A DNA stretch of 64,000 bases from Macrostomum hystrix (lineage: Eukaryota; Animalia; Platyhelminthes), in the NCBI GenBank assembly GCA_950097015.1, contig CATNEN010000011.1:6575088-6639087 (forward strand), read 5' to 3'. This document shows, in pieces, positions 48,804 through 60,900 of this stretch. The number at the start of each line of letters is the position of its first letter. Position 1 is the stretch's first letter. Below the pieces are notes generated by a model, which was given only the letters and a program-made list of their open reading frames with translations, was not told where the DNA came from and made no database searches. Both the position numbers and the translations under genes were made by a program.

Positions 48804-50414
48804 TCACTCCATATTCAGCACCACCAGTCGACTGTTCACATAGTCAGCCACCACCAGCTGCTCGCGCGCGCCTTCCGTCACCACCGCCAGACCTCTTGGA
48901 TAATTAAATCTGCCGACTTCGCTGCCGCTCTCGCCCGGCACCCCCAGAGTCCACAGCAGCGACCCGTCGTCTGCAGCCACCGCTCGAACTGAGTGACCCC
49001 TCCACTCACTCACGAACAGGCGGCCTCTCCTGTCCACGGCCACACCCGCTGGCAAAACAAACTCTTTGAGGCCGCAACGCTCAGTCGGGTGCGAGGCGAC
49101 CACCTGCTGGGTGTCAATGCGTACTCTGTGCACCTGCATGTACTTCCTGTCTGTCACCAGAATGCTGTTGTCGTGAATCGCCAGTCTGCACAGTTCAGCA
49201 TCAGGAAAATCGGTCAGCATGATGACCTTCTCCATCTCGCCAGTCGCTTTGCTGAATGCAACAATTTTGTTGCCACCAGACACAAACACGGAGCCTGCGT
49301 TGCCGCCGATTCCCAAGATACGAAAGCCCTCGATTCGTGGTTCGATTCGACGCACCTTTCGACCGCTCAGGTCCGTCACTGTCACTGCGTCCCCTTGAGC
49401 AATGAACAGCAGCTGACGGTCGCAGTGAAGACCCAAGATGTCCATCTTCCAGTCGATGTCGCAGTGGCACCGCAGCTTCTTCGAGCCGTCCACAGACACC
49501 ACCTGAAGGTGATTCTTGGCACTACTTGAAGAAATTGATGCGAAGATGCAGGGCTCAGGCAGAGCCTCACCGCCGTCACTCGCTGACTCGGCGGCCACCA
49601 CACGGCCCGAACGGTCACCAACGAATCCGCTGGTGTCGCTGCACACCGCCAGCCACTCAACCCAGCCATCCAGCTTGACCTCGTGACTGTACACAATCGG
49701 ATCGAGCAATGCCTGTCTCGCCATCGCCTTCACTGCGTCTTCGATCTCCTCGGGTGTCGCGCTGACCTCAGCGTCTCTCCAGCCCTCACCAGTCCACACG
49801 TTCACACGAGCCAACGCTCTGCCGAACTGCTCCGACACCTGCCCCAGTCGATCCAGCTGCTGCTCCGCTCCCAAGCTCTCCTCCAGCGACTTCTGCAGCC
49901 GATCAAAGTCCGCCTTCAAGTCATCGAGCGACAACTCCATCGACATCGTCAGCTCGACAAGCTTCGACATCTCGCCTGCAGCCTCCGCCATCGACGTCTC
50001 CTGCCTGTAGCTTCTCACATCGTCCATGTCCCGCTGCCACACACGCGCTGTCTCAATCCGAGCTATCATCGGACCTGTCAGTCGATCTTCACTCGAATCC
50101 AGGTATCTCCGCATCGTCTCATACAGCTGCTTCGCCCGTCGCAGCTGCTCCTCCATCTCGTGAATCCAATCTCCTCCACCACCTGCTGCACTGCCACCTG
50201 CAGCTTCGGCTTGTGGGAAGGCACGCAGCTTCTCAGCGACCTTCTCCTTCAGCTTGAGGGCATCCGCCACATCAACACTCAGGTGTTCCGAGCACAGGTA
50301 GCGCTCGGAGAACGGACCCAGGCCGACTGCAGCTTTTTGGCAGACGACGCAGATTGGGATCACTTCAGGAGGTCCTTCGGAACTCGAGCTGTCGCTGGAG
50401 TCTCCACGCTGCAT
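48804..50414 (-). CDS. TRIM-NHL-like protein (N-terminal CxxC...CxxH zinc motif, coiled coil, NHL beta-propeller), 536 aa, no RING
   Basis: ICVVCQK...LCSEHL; heptad-rich central region; NHL repeats FVLPAGVAVDRRGRLFVSEWRGHSV and FNYPRGLAV..LVVADYVNSRLVV. Acceptor CTTTCCAG ~15 nt upstream of the ATG; AATAAA on the minus strand at 48677-48672. Confidence 0.88.
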   Translation of the reverse strand: MQRGDSSDSSSSEGPPEVIPICVVCQKAAVGLGPFSERYLCSEHLSVDVADALKLKEKVAEKLRAFPQAEAAGGSAAGGGGDWIHEMEEQLRRAKQLYETMRRYLDSSEDRLTGPMIARIETARVWQRDMDDVRSYRQETSMAEAAGEMSKLVELTMSMELSLDDLKADFDRLQKSLEESLGAEQQLDRLGQVSEQFGRALARVNVWTGEGWRDAEVSATPEEIEDAVKAMARQALLDPIVYSHEVKLDGWVEWLAVCSDTSGFVGDRSGRVVAAESASDGGEALPEPCIFASISSSSAKNHLQVVSVDGSKKLRCHCDIDWKMDILGLHCDRQLLFIAQGDAVTVTDLSGRKVRRIEPRIEGFRILGIGGNAGSVFVSGGNKIVAFSKATGEMEKVIMLTDFPDAELCRLAIHDNSILVTDRKYMQVHRVRIDTQQVVASHPTERCGLKEFVLPAGVAVDRRGRLFVSEWRGHSVRAVAADDGSLLWTLGVPGESGSEVGRFNYPRGLAVVTEGAREQLVVADYVNSRLVVLNME

Positions 50415-51184
50415 TTTCAGATTCGAGGTCTGGAAAGAGAGTCGGAAAGAGGCCGTGTGAGTTGAAGACTGCTGCCGGAATCTGCCAGAACTCTAATATT
50501 ATCTCAGTGTCAAAAATTCTCAACTTCAACTCGCTACCTTAGAAAGCTGTGAAGCAAAAAAGTTGCAGAACTGCCGTAAGCAGGCCGATGCTGAGGCTCA
50601 GGTGAGAATGAGTTTCAATCACACAGCAGTCAAAAGCTGTGCTCAGGAGTCTGAGATGACTCTTATGTCAGCTAGGTGTCTCAGTTAAACTCTTCTCCGT
50701 TGCCATGGAAACAGTGAGAGGCCTGAGTCTGGTCGATATAGAGAACAGAATGAAATCCTTGAGTCGCTCTGCTCCGGCAGCTCAGTTTGTCGGCAAAAGA
50801 CAGTGAGAGTGAAATCTGTTTTAGTTTATTCTCGGTCGAACGCGAATTCAAAATGCTTTCTGCGGCTGCGTGCATTTCTCTGCGGCTGGGACAGAGAGGG
50901 CCGGCTCTGAGCAGCACTAAGCACAGCTGAGCACCCACCTCTGCCTCCAACTGCTCACAATGGGAGCGTAGATTGGGTGAGTGTACTCAAATGCATTGTT
51001 TGTGCACTTAGCTGTGCCATCTTGAGCCCAAAGTACGACCCGAGACATTGTGGCTCTGCTTGTCAGACACTTTCTGACAGATCCGAGCTGTTAGAGATGC
51101 GATCGACCTGTTAGAGTAGGGAAAAACAACAGGCCAGCAGTTCAAGACGTTGGAAAAATCTCATATTTACTTTTTTGTCTGATA

Positions 51185-51435
51185 TTAGCCTCATCAGCTC
51201 ACCTACCATTAGCCTCATCAGCTCACCTACCATTAGCCTCATCAGCTCACCTACCATTAGCCTCATCAGCTCACATTAGCTTCATGAGCTCAAATTAGCT
51301 TCATCAGCTCACATTATCCTCATCAGCTCACATTATCCTCATCAGCTCACATTATCCTCATCAGCTCACATTAGCTTCATGAGCTCACAGTAGCTTCATC
51401 AGCTCACATTAGCTTCATGAGCTCACAGTAGCTTC
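51185..51435. repeat. Minisatellite, 19/26-bp units CATTAGCCTCATCAGCTCA
   Basis: Direct. Confidence 0.9.
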
Positions 51436-51639
51436 AACGCCACCTGCAGGCCAGAGAAGGACTTTGGCAGTGCCCAAGTGCCCTATTCTTAGTCAATAAC
51501 GTTTTGTTATTCGCTTTTATGACTGTTTAACAAAATGTTTGTTGTTAACAACAATATTGTTAGTAACAAAATTCTACCCGAGTACACCCGAGTCCACCAG
51601 ATACACTCAACGTTTTCTTTCTGACCCTTCAATGTTTCT

Positions 51640-52100
51640 TCCCCAACCATGATCTCGTACCCAAATGTACATTCTATGCCTAAATATCTCGTCCACAAAT
51701 GTACATTCTCCCCCCAAAATGTCTCGTCCCTAAAAATATATTCAACCCCTCATGATCTCCTCCCCAAATGTACATTCTACCCACAAATATCTCTTCCCCA
51801 AATGTACATTCTACCCCAAAAGATCTCTTCCCCAAATGTACATTGTACCCATGATGATCTCATCCCCAATATGCATTCTACCCACAAACATCTCTTCCCC
51901 AAATGTACATTCTACCCACAAATATCTCATCCCCACATGTAATCAACCCCCAAAGATCTCTTCCCAATACATTACACCCACAAATATCTCATCCCCAAAA
52001 GTACATTCTACCCACAAATATCTCTTCCCCAAATGTACATTACACCCACAAATATCTCATCCCCAAAAGTACATTCTACCCACAAATATCTCTTCCCCAA
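51640..52100. repeat. Degenerate ~35-bp repeat CAAATGTACATTCTACCCACAAATATCTCTTCCCC
   Basis: Direct. Confidence 0.88.
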
Positions 52101-52639
52101 GGTGCGGTTTAAGTATAAATCATTATCATTTTGCAACACTCTAATTTCAACAACAAATGTTGTGAATCTGCATTCTATACATATAAGCATGTTTATTAGG
52201 CCACAGTCACGTACAGCAGACAGCAGCAATTCCATTGATTTCCTCCTCATCACCGGGGGTTACAGGACAAAGTCGGGAGATTCGGCCGAACGAGGTCGCC
52301 CTTGATTTCCCGACACCGAAGTGATTTATTATCCGACTCCCAACGCAACCACCAAAAATATTCGAGTCCCAATGCGAAGGAGACATGAGACCATTTCTTT
52401 TTCCCTGTGGTCACGTTCCCAACGGGAGTTCTGTTAGGGATAAAATAGAAACACAGAGAGATCAATACAAACACATCCCCAACAGCGCAATCTGAAGCTT
52501 GATTTGGGATTTATTGCCCAAGCAATAAGGAGGCCGCGATTTCAGCCAGTTCAGTGGACAGAATTTATTAGCCAGTTTTGCATTGGTACAGGACCCAAAT
52601 AGTACGATAAATCGACTTCATTTTATAGGAACCTACAGT

Positions 52640-53640
52640 CTTCCATCAGTGTTCTACACCTCCCTGATCCTTCAGTGTTCTACTCCACCCTGATCCTTCA
52701 GTGTTCTACTCCCCCTGATCCTTCAGTGTTCTACTTCCCCCTGATCCTTCAGTATTCTACTCCCCCCTGATCCTTCAGTGTTCTACTCCCCCTGATCCTT
52801 CAGTGTTCTACTCCCCCTGATCCTTCAGTGTTCTACTCCCCCTGATCCTTCAGTGTTCTACTTCCCCGGATCCTTCAGTGTTTTACTGCCCCTGATCCCT
52901 GATCCTTCAGTGTTCTACTCCACCCTGATCCTTCAGTGTTCTACTCCCCCTGATCCTTCAGTTTTCTACACCCCCCTGATCCTTCAGTGTTCTACTCCCC
53001 CCTGATCCTTCAGTGTTCTACACCCCCCTGATCCTTCAGTGTTCTACTCCACCCTGATCCTTCAGTGTTCTACTCCCCCTGATCCTTCAGTGTTCTACTC
53101 CCCCTGATCCTTCAGTGTTCTACTCCCCCCTGATCCTTCAGTGTTCTACTCCCCCTGATCCTTCAGTGTTCTACTCCCCCCTGATCCTTCAGTGTTCTAC
53201 TCCCCCTGATCCTTCAGTGTTCTACTCCCCCTGATCTTTCAGTGTTCTACTCCCCCCTGATCCTTCAGTGTTCTACTCCCCCCTGATCCTTCAGTGTTCT
53301 ACTCCCCCGGATCCTTCAGTGTTCTACTCCCCCTGATCCTTCAGTGTTCTACTCCCCCTGATCCTTCAGTGTTCTACTCCCCCCTGATCCTTCAGTGTTC
53401 TACTCCCCCTGATCCTTCAGTGTTCTACTCCCCCTGATCCTTCAGTGTTCTACTCCCCCTGATCCTTCAGTGTTCTACTCCCCCTGATCCTTCAGTGTTC
53501 TACTCCCCCTGATCCTTCAGTGTTCTACTCCCCCGGATCCTTCAGTGTTCTACTCCCCCTGATCCTTCAGTGTTCTACTCCCCCGGATCCTTCAGTGTTT
53601 TACTCCCCCTGATCCATCAATATTCTATTGCCCCCTGATG
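52640..53640. repeat. Minisatellite, ~25-bp unit CCCCTGATCCTTCAGTGTTCTACTC
   Basis: Direct. Confidence 0.95.
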
Positions 53641-54109
53641 CATGTCACGTCGTAGAAATTGTGTGCAATTTAAAGTAAGACATGCCATTATTAGTTTGTT
53701 TACAAAACGTGATAAATTTGTAATAAATCAATCCCACTGGCCAGCTGAGTCCTGCTCAAGATGCTCAAGTGCAAAGACTCGGGCAAGAATCTGTCTTCCC
53801 GCGGATCAGCTAAGAATGTCTCTCGCTGAAACAGCAGCTGCAAAATTTGGGGATAATTACGCATCTGAAATTTCCTTCCAGCTCTCCGGATTGCCACCTG
53901 GAGTAAGACGTAGCTTCAGAGATTCGTCGAACGTGCCGTCATCGACTTGTTTCAAGCCCTCCTGTCTGATCGTGTTTTTGGTTGACTAGGCATCTGTAAT
54001 TCAGCTTTTAAGCCGAACTCGAAAATATATTTTCCCAGTTGATTGAGGCAAAGTAGAACTCTGTGAATCTGAATGAGGTCAAAAGTTGGATGGATAATAT
54101 TTATTTCTT

Positions 54110-54432
54110 CTCATTCTCAGAACTTACAAATTGTATTAACATTCTCAGAACTTACAAATTGTATTAACATTCTCAGAACTTACAAATTGTATTAACATTC
54201 TCAGAACTTACAAATTGTATTAACATTCTCAGAACTTACAAATTGTATTAACATTCTCAGAACTTACAAATTGTATTAACATTCTCAGAACTTACAAATT
54301 GTATTAACATTCTCAGAACTTACAAATTGTATTAACATTCTCAGAACTTACAAATTGTATTAACATTCTCAGAACTTACAAATTGCATTAACATTCTCAG
54401 AACTTACAAATTGTATTAACATTCTCAGAACT
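54110..54432. repeat. Nearly perfect 28-bp array ATTCTCAGAACTTACAAATTGTATTAAC
   Basis: About 11 almost identical units. Confidence 0.96.
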
Positions 54433-54679
54433 TCTTATGCTACCAGACTTGACATTGACTTTTAAAAATACCATCCGACGAGATGTACATTGATAGTCTA
54501 GATTCTCGTCTCCTCAGATGTACATTGATAGTCTAGATTCTCGTCTCCTCAGATGTACATCGAGAGTTTTAATCTCCTCCCTCTAGATGAGGGGTCGGCA
54601 CACTTATGAGCAAGCGGGCCAAAGAGAGAACCTAAATCACGACAGCAGGCCGAATTCACTGTAAAAATATGATATAGGG

Positions 54680-54975
54680 GAGAGATGAGACACGGGAGAG
54701 ATGAGACAAAAGAGAGATGAGACAAGGGAAAAGATTAGACACGGGAGAGATGAGACAAGGAAGAGATGAGACACGGGAGAGATGAGACACGGGAGAGATG
54801 AGACACGAGAGAGATGAGACAGGGGAGAGATGAGACAGGGGAGAGATGAGACAGGGGAGAGATGAGACAGGGGAGAGATGAGACACGGGAGAGATGAGAC
54901 ACGAGAGAGATGAGACACGGGAGAGATGAGACACGGGAGAGATGAGACACGGGAGAGATAAGACACGGGAGAGAC
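54680..54975. repeat. 16-bp array GAGAGATGAGACACGG
   Basis: Direct. Confidence 0.93.
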
Positions 54976-54979
54976 AGAG

Positions 54980-55310
54980 TGTCAGGTGAAGCATCAGGGT
55001 GTCAGGGGAGGCATCAGGGTGTCAGGGGAGGCATCAGGGTCTCAGCGGAGGCATCAGGGTGTCAGGGGAGGCATCAGGGTGTCAGGGAAGGCATCAGGGT
55101 CTCAGCGGAGGCATCAGGGTGTCAGGGGAGGCATCAGGGTGTCAGGGGAGGCATCAGGGTGTCAGGGGAGGCATCAGGGTGTCAGGGGAGGCATCAGGGT
55201 GTCAGGGGAGGCATCAGGGTGTCAGGGGAGGCATCAGGGTGTCAGGGGAGGCATCAGGGTGTCAGGGGAGGCATCAGGGTGTCAGGGGAGGCATCAGGGT
55301 GTCAGGTGAG
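54980..55310. repeat. 20-bp G-rich array GTCAGGGGAGGCATCAGGGT
   Basis: Direct. Confidence 0.94.
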
Positions 55311-58300
55311 GCAGTAGATGCAAAATCTAATATTCGCTGAAGAAACTAAGAGCGGAGAGCCATATAACCGAGGATCGATAAGAAGGCCGGACACCCAAAT
55401 GGCGAGTTAGTCTGAGCGCAGCAGAGTAATGTTTAAGTGTCTGAAATATATTTATTAGTGCTTTAGTTTTTCTGTACTTAATTTTTCTTCAAGACAAAAA
55501 ACTAATTTCGGACGTCAAGCTGCCTAAAATGTGCTTATATATGAAGATATTTTCTTGATAATTTGATAAGGTCAGCCTGGCAAGGCGAGGTGCTTGTAGA
55601 GGGCTGTAAGCTGCTCATAGGTCTAATAAAGGTTGAGTAATTTTATGTCCCCCGGATAAAATAGGACGATTTTCCCAGTCTTTGCAGTTGCAGTGGTCCG
55701 TAAAAATATGGGATTCAGTCCCTCTATGGGATTAGCTGCTTCTTGTGTTTCCACGCCTGGTTGCTAGTCCTTGAGTAGTGCTCACCATAATGGCAGTAGT
55801 AGAGCTATTAACTAATACTATATTGTTGGACTTTGCAGGAAACCATTATTAAGATAAAAAAACTGCGGTTATTATTCTGTTACTTATCTAAAAGTACTTT
55901 ACCTACTTTTTTGCTTGCGTAAACAATCCTTATTTGATGCTGTCCTTTAATGGAAAGCATATCCGGTGAATCGTAAGAGGCGGTGTGTCATGTTATTATG
56001 ACAGCCATGGAGTGGCAAATTTGGAGGGCAGTGAAATAACTGACTGGAGGATGGGGTGGCGGGCAGTTGAATAACTGACTGGAGGATGGGGTGGCGTGGC
56101 GGGCAGTTGAATAACTGACTGGAGGATGGGGTGGCGTGGCAATAACTAAATGGAGGATGGGGTGGAGGGCAGTTAAAAAACTGACTGGAGGATAGGGTGG
56201 CGGGCAGTTGAATAACTGACTGGAGGATGGGATGGCGGGGCAGTTGAATAACTGACTGGAGGATGGGATGGCGGGGCAGTTGAATAACTGACTGGAGGAT
56301 GGGATGGCGGGGCAGTTGAATAACTGACTGGAGGATGGGTTGGCGGGGTAGTTGAATAACTGACTGGAGGATGGGGTGGCGGGGCAGTTGAATAACTGAC
56401 TGGAGGATGGGTTGGCGGGGTAGTTGAATAACTGACTGGAGGATGGGGTGGCGGGCATTTGAATAGCTGTATGATCAAGAGTTGAAATTTTTTATTATGC
56501 AGCAAACCAATGAGTCGAAAAAATGTTATTAAATTCGTACGAAAATTATTCGTTTTCGACATGTAGTTATCTTGAAATAGCATGTTTACGATTTCCGAAT
56601 TAAAGAACGACTAATAGAATTGCAGATGTTTAGTAAAACTCAGGTTCATACCAGGTAACATTAAGTTAGAGCTCTGAGGTAAGCTAGCTGAAAAAGTGTG
56701 AGTTGTGGACTCAGTTGCTAAGGCTCGCTGACCTGAGGCCATAAAAGCGCCCGTGCGAGAACTCCTGTTAGGATTTTCTGGTTAAAAGTGAGATGGAGAG
56801 AAAACGAAAATGGATTTCGACGGTTAACCGTCACTCACTTTGATACGCAAGCTCAGTTTTATTTGCGACTCACTGAGGCGAATGAGGACTAAATAAATGC
56901 CTTTTAGGGAAAGTGTGAGCAGCTGGCTTTTGCATCGCGAGCAACAGCTAAGCTTAAACTAAAATTTCTAGACACACTAGAGAATGTGTATTAAGCAGGA
57001 AAGGGAGATGGAGAGAGGGAGATGGGGAAAGGGAGATAATGAGAGGGAGATAAGGAGATGGAGATAAGGAGAGAGAGATAAGGAGAGGAAGATAAAGAGA
57101 CGGAGATAAGGAGAGGGAGATAAGGGAAGGGAGATAAGGGGAGGGAGATAAAGGGAGGAAGATAAAGAGAGGGAGATAAGGAAAGGAGATAAGGGAGGGA
57201 GATAAGAGGAGGGAGATAAGGGGGAGATAAGGAGAGGGAGATAAGGAGAGGGAGATAAGGGGAGGGAGATAAGGGGACGGAGATAAGGGGAGGGAGATAA
57301 GGGGAGGGAGATAAGGGGAGGGAGATTAGGGGAGGGAGATAAGGGGAGGGAGATAAGGGGAGGGAGATAAGGGGAGGGAGATAAGGGGAGGGAGATAAAG
57401 ATAGAGATATAAGGGGAGGGAGATAAGGAGAGGGAGATAAGGAGAGGGAGATTTAGGGAGATAAAGATCGAGATATAAGGAGAGGGAGATAAGCGGAGTG
57501 AGATAAAGAGAGGGATTTCGGGAGAGGGAGATAGTGAGAATGAGATAAGGAGAGAGAGATGCTAAAAGGGAGATGGAAAGAGGGAGATGAAATCGGGCAG
57601 ATAAGGCGATGGATGGTCAACAATGATTAAAACATGAACTACTTTGAAGTGGATTCAGAACGCTTGTAAAAGTGGGAATGTACAATTAATAACATTGTGA
57701 ATATATGACTTACGCCAGCTGTCAATCAAATTGCATTTCCGCATAATCCCTTAATCTGTCTAGACACATAAGCTCGATTTGAATTGCGGTCGAATTGGCA
57801 TTCGGAAATGCTTGAGGAATGAATTCTCAGCAGATGCACTTATATCAGGGTCTCTGATTAGTGTTCAAGTGGTCAGCACTGGAGATTTATTTTCACAATC
57901 AGTTCCCACACCGGAAGTGCTATCAAGACGGCTATCAAACAAGGCCGCTACTTCCTGTCAACAAAATATCTAATCAATTTTTGTGAGTCCACTTTAGGAA
58001 CTAAAAAAATAACATTGAGGAGGTTGGCCCTCAAGGACGTAAATCACACGACATGTCGCCATGCTTTCTCTACGCGGCTGGACTCGTGGTGGAATCGAAC
58101 TCAGGGACCTCGGCGCGAGACGCGAACGCGTTAACCGCTCTGCCACCGACCCAAGCGTTCTTAGAATTCAAGTAGAAGTTGGTCATTCGTGTGGGCTACT
58201 CAAATTGGATAGTTCCCATTCGTCATTTATCCCCAGACCAGAACCGCCGCCATTGGTTGGCTGGGTAGATGCAGTTGCTAAGCAAACCAACCTGATAAAA

Positions 58301-60539
58301 GTTGCTCCCAGCGCTGCAAACAAAGATTTGGCTGCCACACAAAAATTCTCCCCCGCGTACTTCCGGCCCAGCAACAGAGCCGAGCCAAGCCGAGCAAATC
58401 AAACGACAGATAATTGACGAGTTCGCCATTGTCAGTCGGCGTCGACAGGTAAGGCCAAGCAGACTTGTGGAATTAACGATGGATAGGGCAAAAACACTGG
58501 GCCAACATGCTGGGAGGAAAGTTTTGGAAAGTACTTTAGGGAAAGGAGAATTAAGAGGGGATGGATTAGAAAGGAATAAAGAGAAGTGAGAGTAAGAAGA
58601 TGTGAAATGAGTGGAAGAAATGAGAGAATAGGAGAGGGGAGAATAGGAGAGGGGAGAATGGGAGAGCAGAGGATGGAAGAGGGGAGAATTGGAAAGGGGA
58701 GAATATGAGAATGGAAAATGGGAGAGGGGAGAATTGGAAACGGGAGAATCGGAGAATGGAAAATGGGAGAGGGGAGAACGGGAGAGGGGAGATAGGAGAA
58801 TGGAAGAGGGGAGAATTGGAGAGCTTGAGAATAGAAGAGGGGAGAATAGGAGAGGGGAGAATAGGAGAGGGGAGAATGGGAGAGGGAAGAATGGGAGAGG
58901 GGAGAATGGGAGAGGGGAGAATGGGAGAGGGAAGAATGGGAGAGGGGAGAATGGGAGAGGGGAGAATGGGAGATGGGAGAATAGGAGAGGGGAGAATGGG
59001 AGAGGGGAGAATAGGAGAGGGGAGAATGGGAGAGGGGAGAATGGGAGAGGGGAGAATAGGAGAGGGGAGAATGGGAGAGGGAAGAATGGGAGAGGGAAGA
59101 ATGGGAGAGGGGAGAATGGGAGAGGGGATAATTGGAAAGAGGAGAATAGGAGAGGGGAGAATGGGATGGGAGAGGGGAGAATGTGAGAGGGAAGAATGGG
59201 AAAAGGGAGAATGGAAGAGGGAAGAATGGGAGAGGGGAGAATGGGAGAGGGAAGAATTGGAAAGGGGAGAATGGAAGTGGCGAGAATGGGATGGGAGATG
59301 GGAGAATCGGAGAGGGGACAATGTGAGAAGGGAAAATTGGAAAGGGGAGAATGAAAGATGAAGAATGAGAATGGGAGACGGAAGATATATGATGGGAGAA
59401 AATTGGAAGATAGGAGGAGATGATGAATTGGGAAAAGAGGAGAGAAGAGAGGATAGAATGGTTATAAATGAGAGGTTAGTCAAAGGAGCAAATGATTATG
59501 CCGGTAGAAATTTTGCCTTGCCGGAAGCAAGACCCAGTAACAGTAGAGCTTGTTGCTCTGTTCCAAAGAAGATTATAGGCTTAGTAGGCCTGGCAATATC
59601 GAAACAAAAAAATCAACAGCAATTTTTCGCCCGACTTTCATTCTAAATCAAGATTAAAAGATAAAGAAAAGACACGAACATTGCTCATTAAATATTATTA
59701 TTCTATAGTTTCGTGTCCTCCATTTTGGGTCAACAGCCTTCTGTGTGCCTGTTCTATGCGCCTGTATGCCTGTCTGTCTGTTCTAATCATTAAATAATTA
59801 TTACGAACTAAGAACCGAAGATACGGATAGAATTATATTTTAATGCAATCTAAAATAGGAACAGCAATGTAATATTAGCTCCGCTATTTCTTAATATTTA
59901 ATGCCAGAATTATTCGTATTTCTTAGAAACATCATTCATGATCGATCAGATTCGATCAGTTCCCATAAGGAGAGGGGACAGGAGATGAGGAGTGGGGGGC
60001 ATGGGATAAGGAGAAAGGAGACAGGGAGGGAGAGATAATGAAAGGGAGATAAAGAGAAGGAGAGAGGGATAGGGAGATAGGGAAGAGGAGATAGAAGATA
60101 GAATAGAGATAGAAGGAGACTAAAAGTATCTTTTGAAGTAATGAGAATACAAGGTGATGATTTTTAGGCAAACATTTCTGGATTAAAAAACTGTCACGTG
60201 ACTGATGCCCAGTTTTTCTGTGAAATGCGCGACTCCAGAAAATGATTTTCTTCAAATCTTCTTTTTCGAATTTTCCCGGTAATGAAGCCTCAGAATGCTC
60301 ATACATTAGAACTTCGTCTCAACTAACATTCGAAACATCGCCTAGAAATTTTTTATGGGCGAAGATACGAAGACCCAAAACCAAACTGACTGACGTTCGC
60401 ATTCTCATCGATTGGAAGCCCAGCTGTCGAGTGATTCCGAAATGGAAAAGTACATTGATTGTCAATACTGGGTCATGCTGTTGCGTTTTCAATTAGAACT
60501 CGGTGGGAAATCATAGGACGACAAGCAGGGTAGAAATTA

Positions 60540-60900
60540 CAGAATCAAGGGGGTAGATACGTAGCTGTAGGATCAGGGGATAGTCAGATGAAGGATCAGG
60601 GGTACACATATGAAGGACCAGAGGGTACACAGATAAAGGACCAGGGGATAGTCAGATGAAGGACCAGGGGATAGTCAGATGAAGGACCAGGGGATAGTCA
60701 GATGAAGGATCAGGGGGTAGACAGATGAAGGACCAGAGGTGACACACTGATGAAGGACCCGGGAGTAGATAGATGAAGGACCAGAGGTAACACAGATTAA
60801 GGACCAGAGGGTACACAGATGAAGGACCAGAGGGTACACAGATGAAGGACCAGAGGGTACACAGATGAAGGATCAGAGGTAGACAGCTGAAGAATCTGGG
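60540..60900. repeat. Degenerate ~23-bp array GATGAAGGA(T/C)CAG(A/G)GGGTACACA, specific to copy 2
   Basis: Direct; its reverse complement resembles the 52640-53640 unit. Confidence 0.85.

Noticed and set aside
1243-50414. Functional cluster of CCR4 deadenylase with the NHL protein (TRIM-NHL proteins recruit CCR4-NOT)
   Set aside because: The genes are ~35 kb apart with unrelated genes between; there is no sequence evidence of co-regulation, and proximity is uninformative in animal genomes
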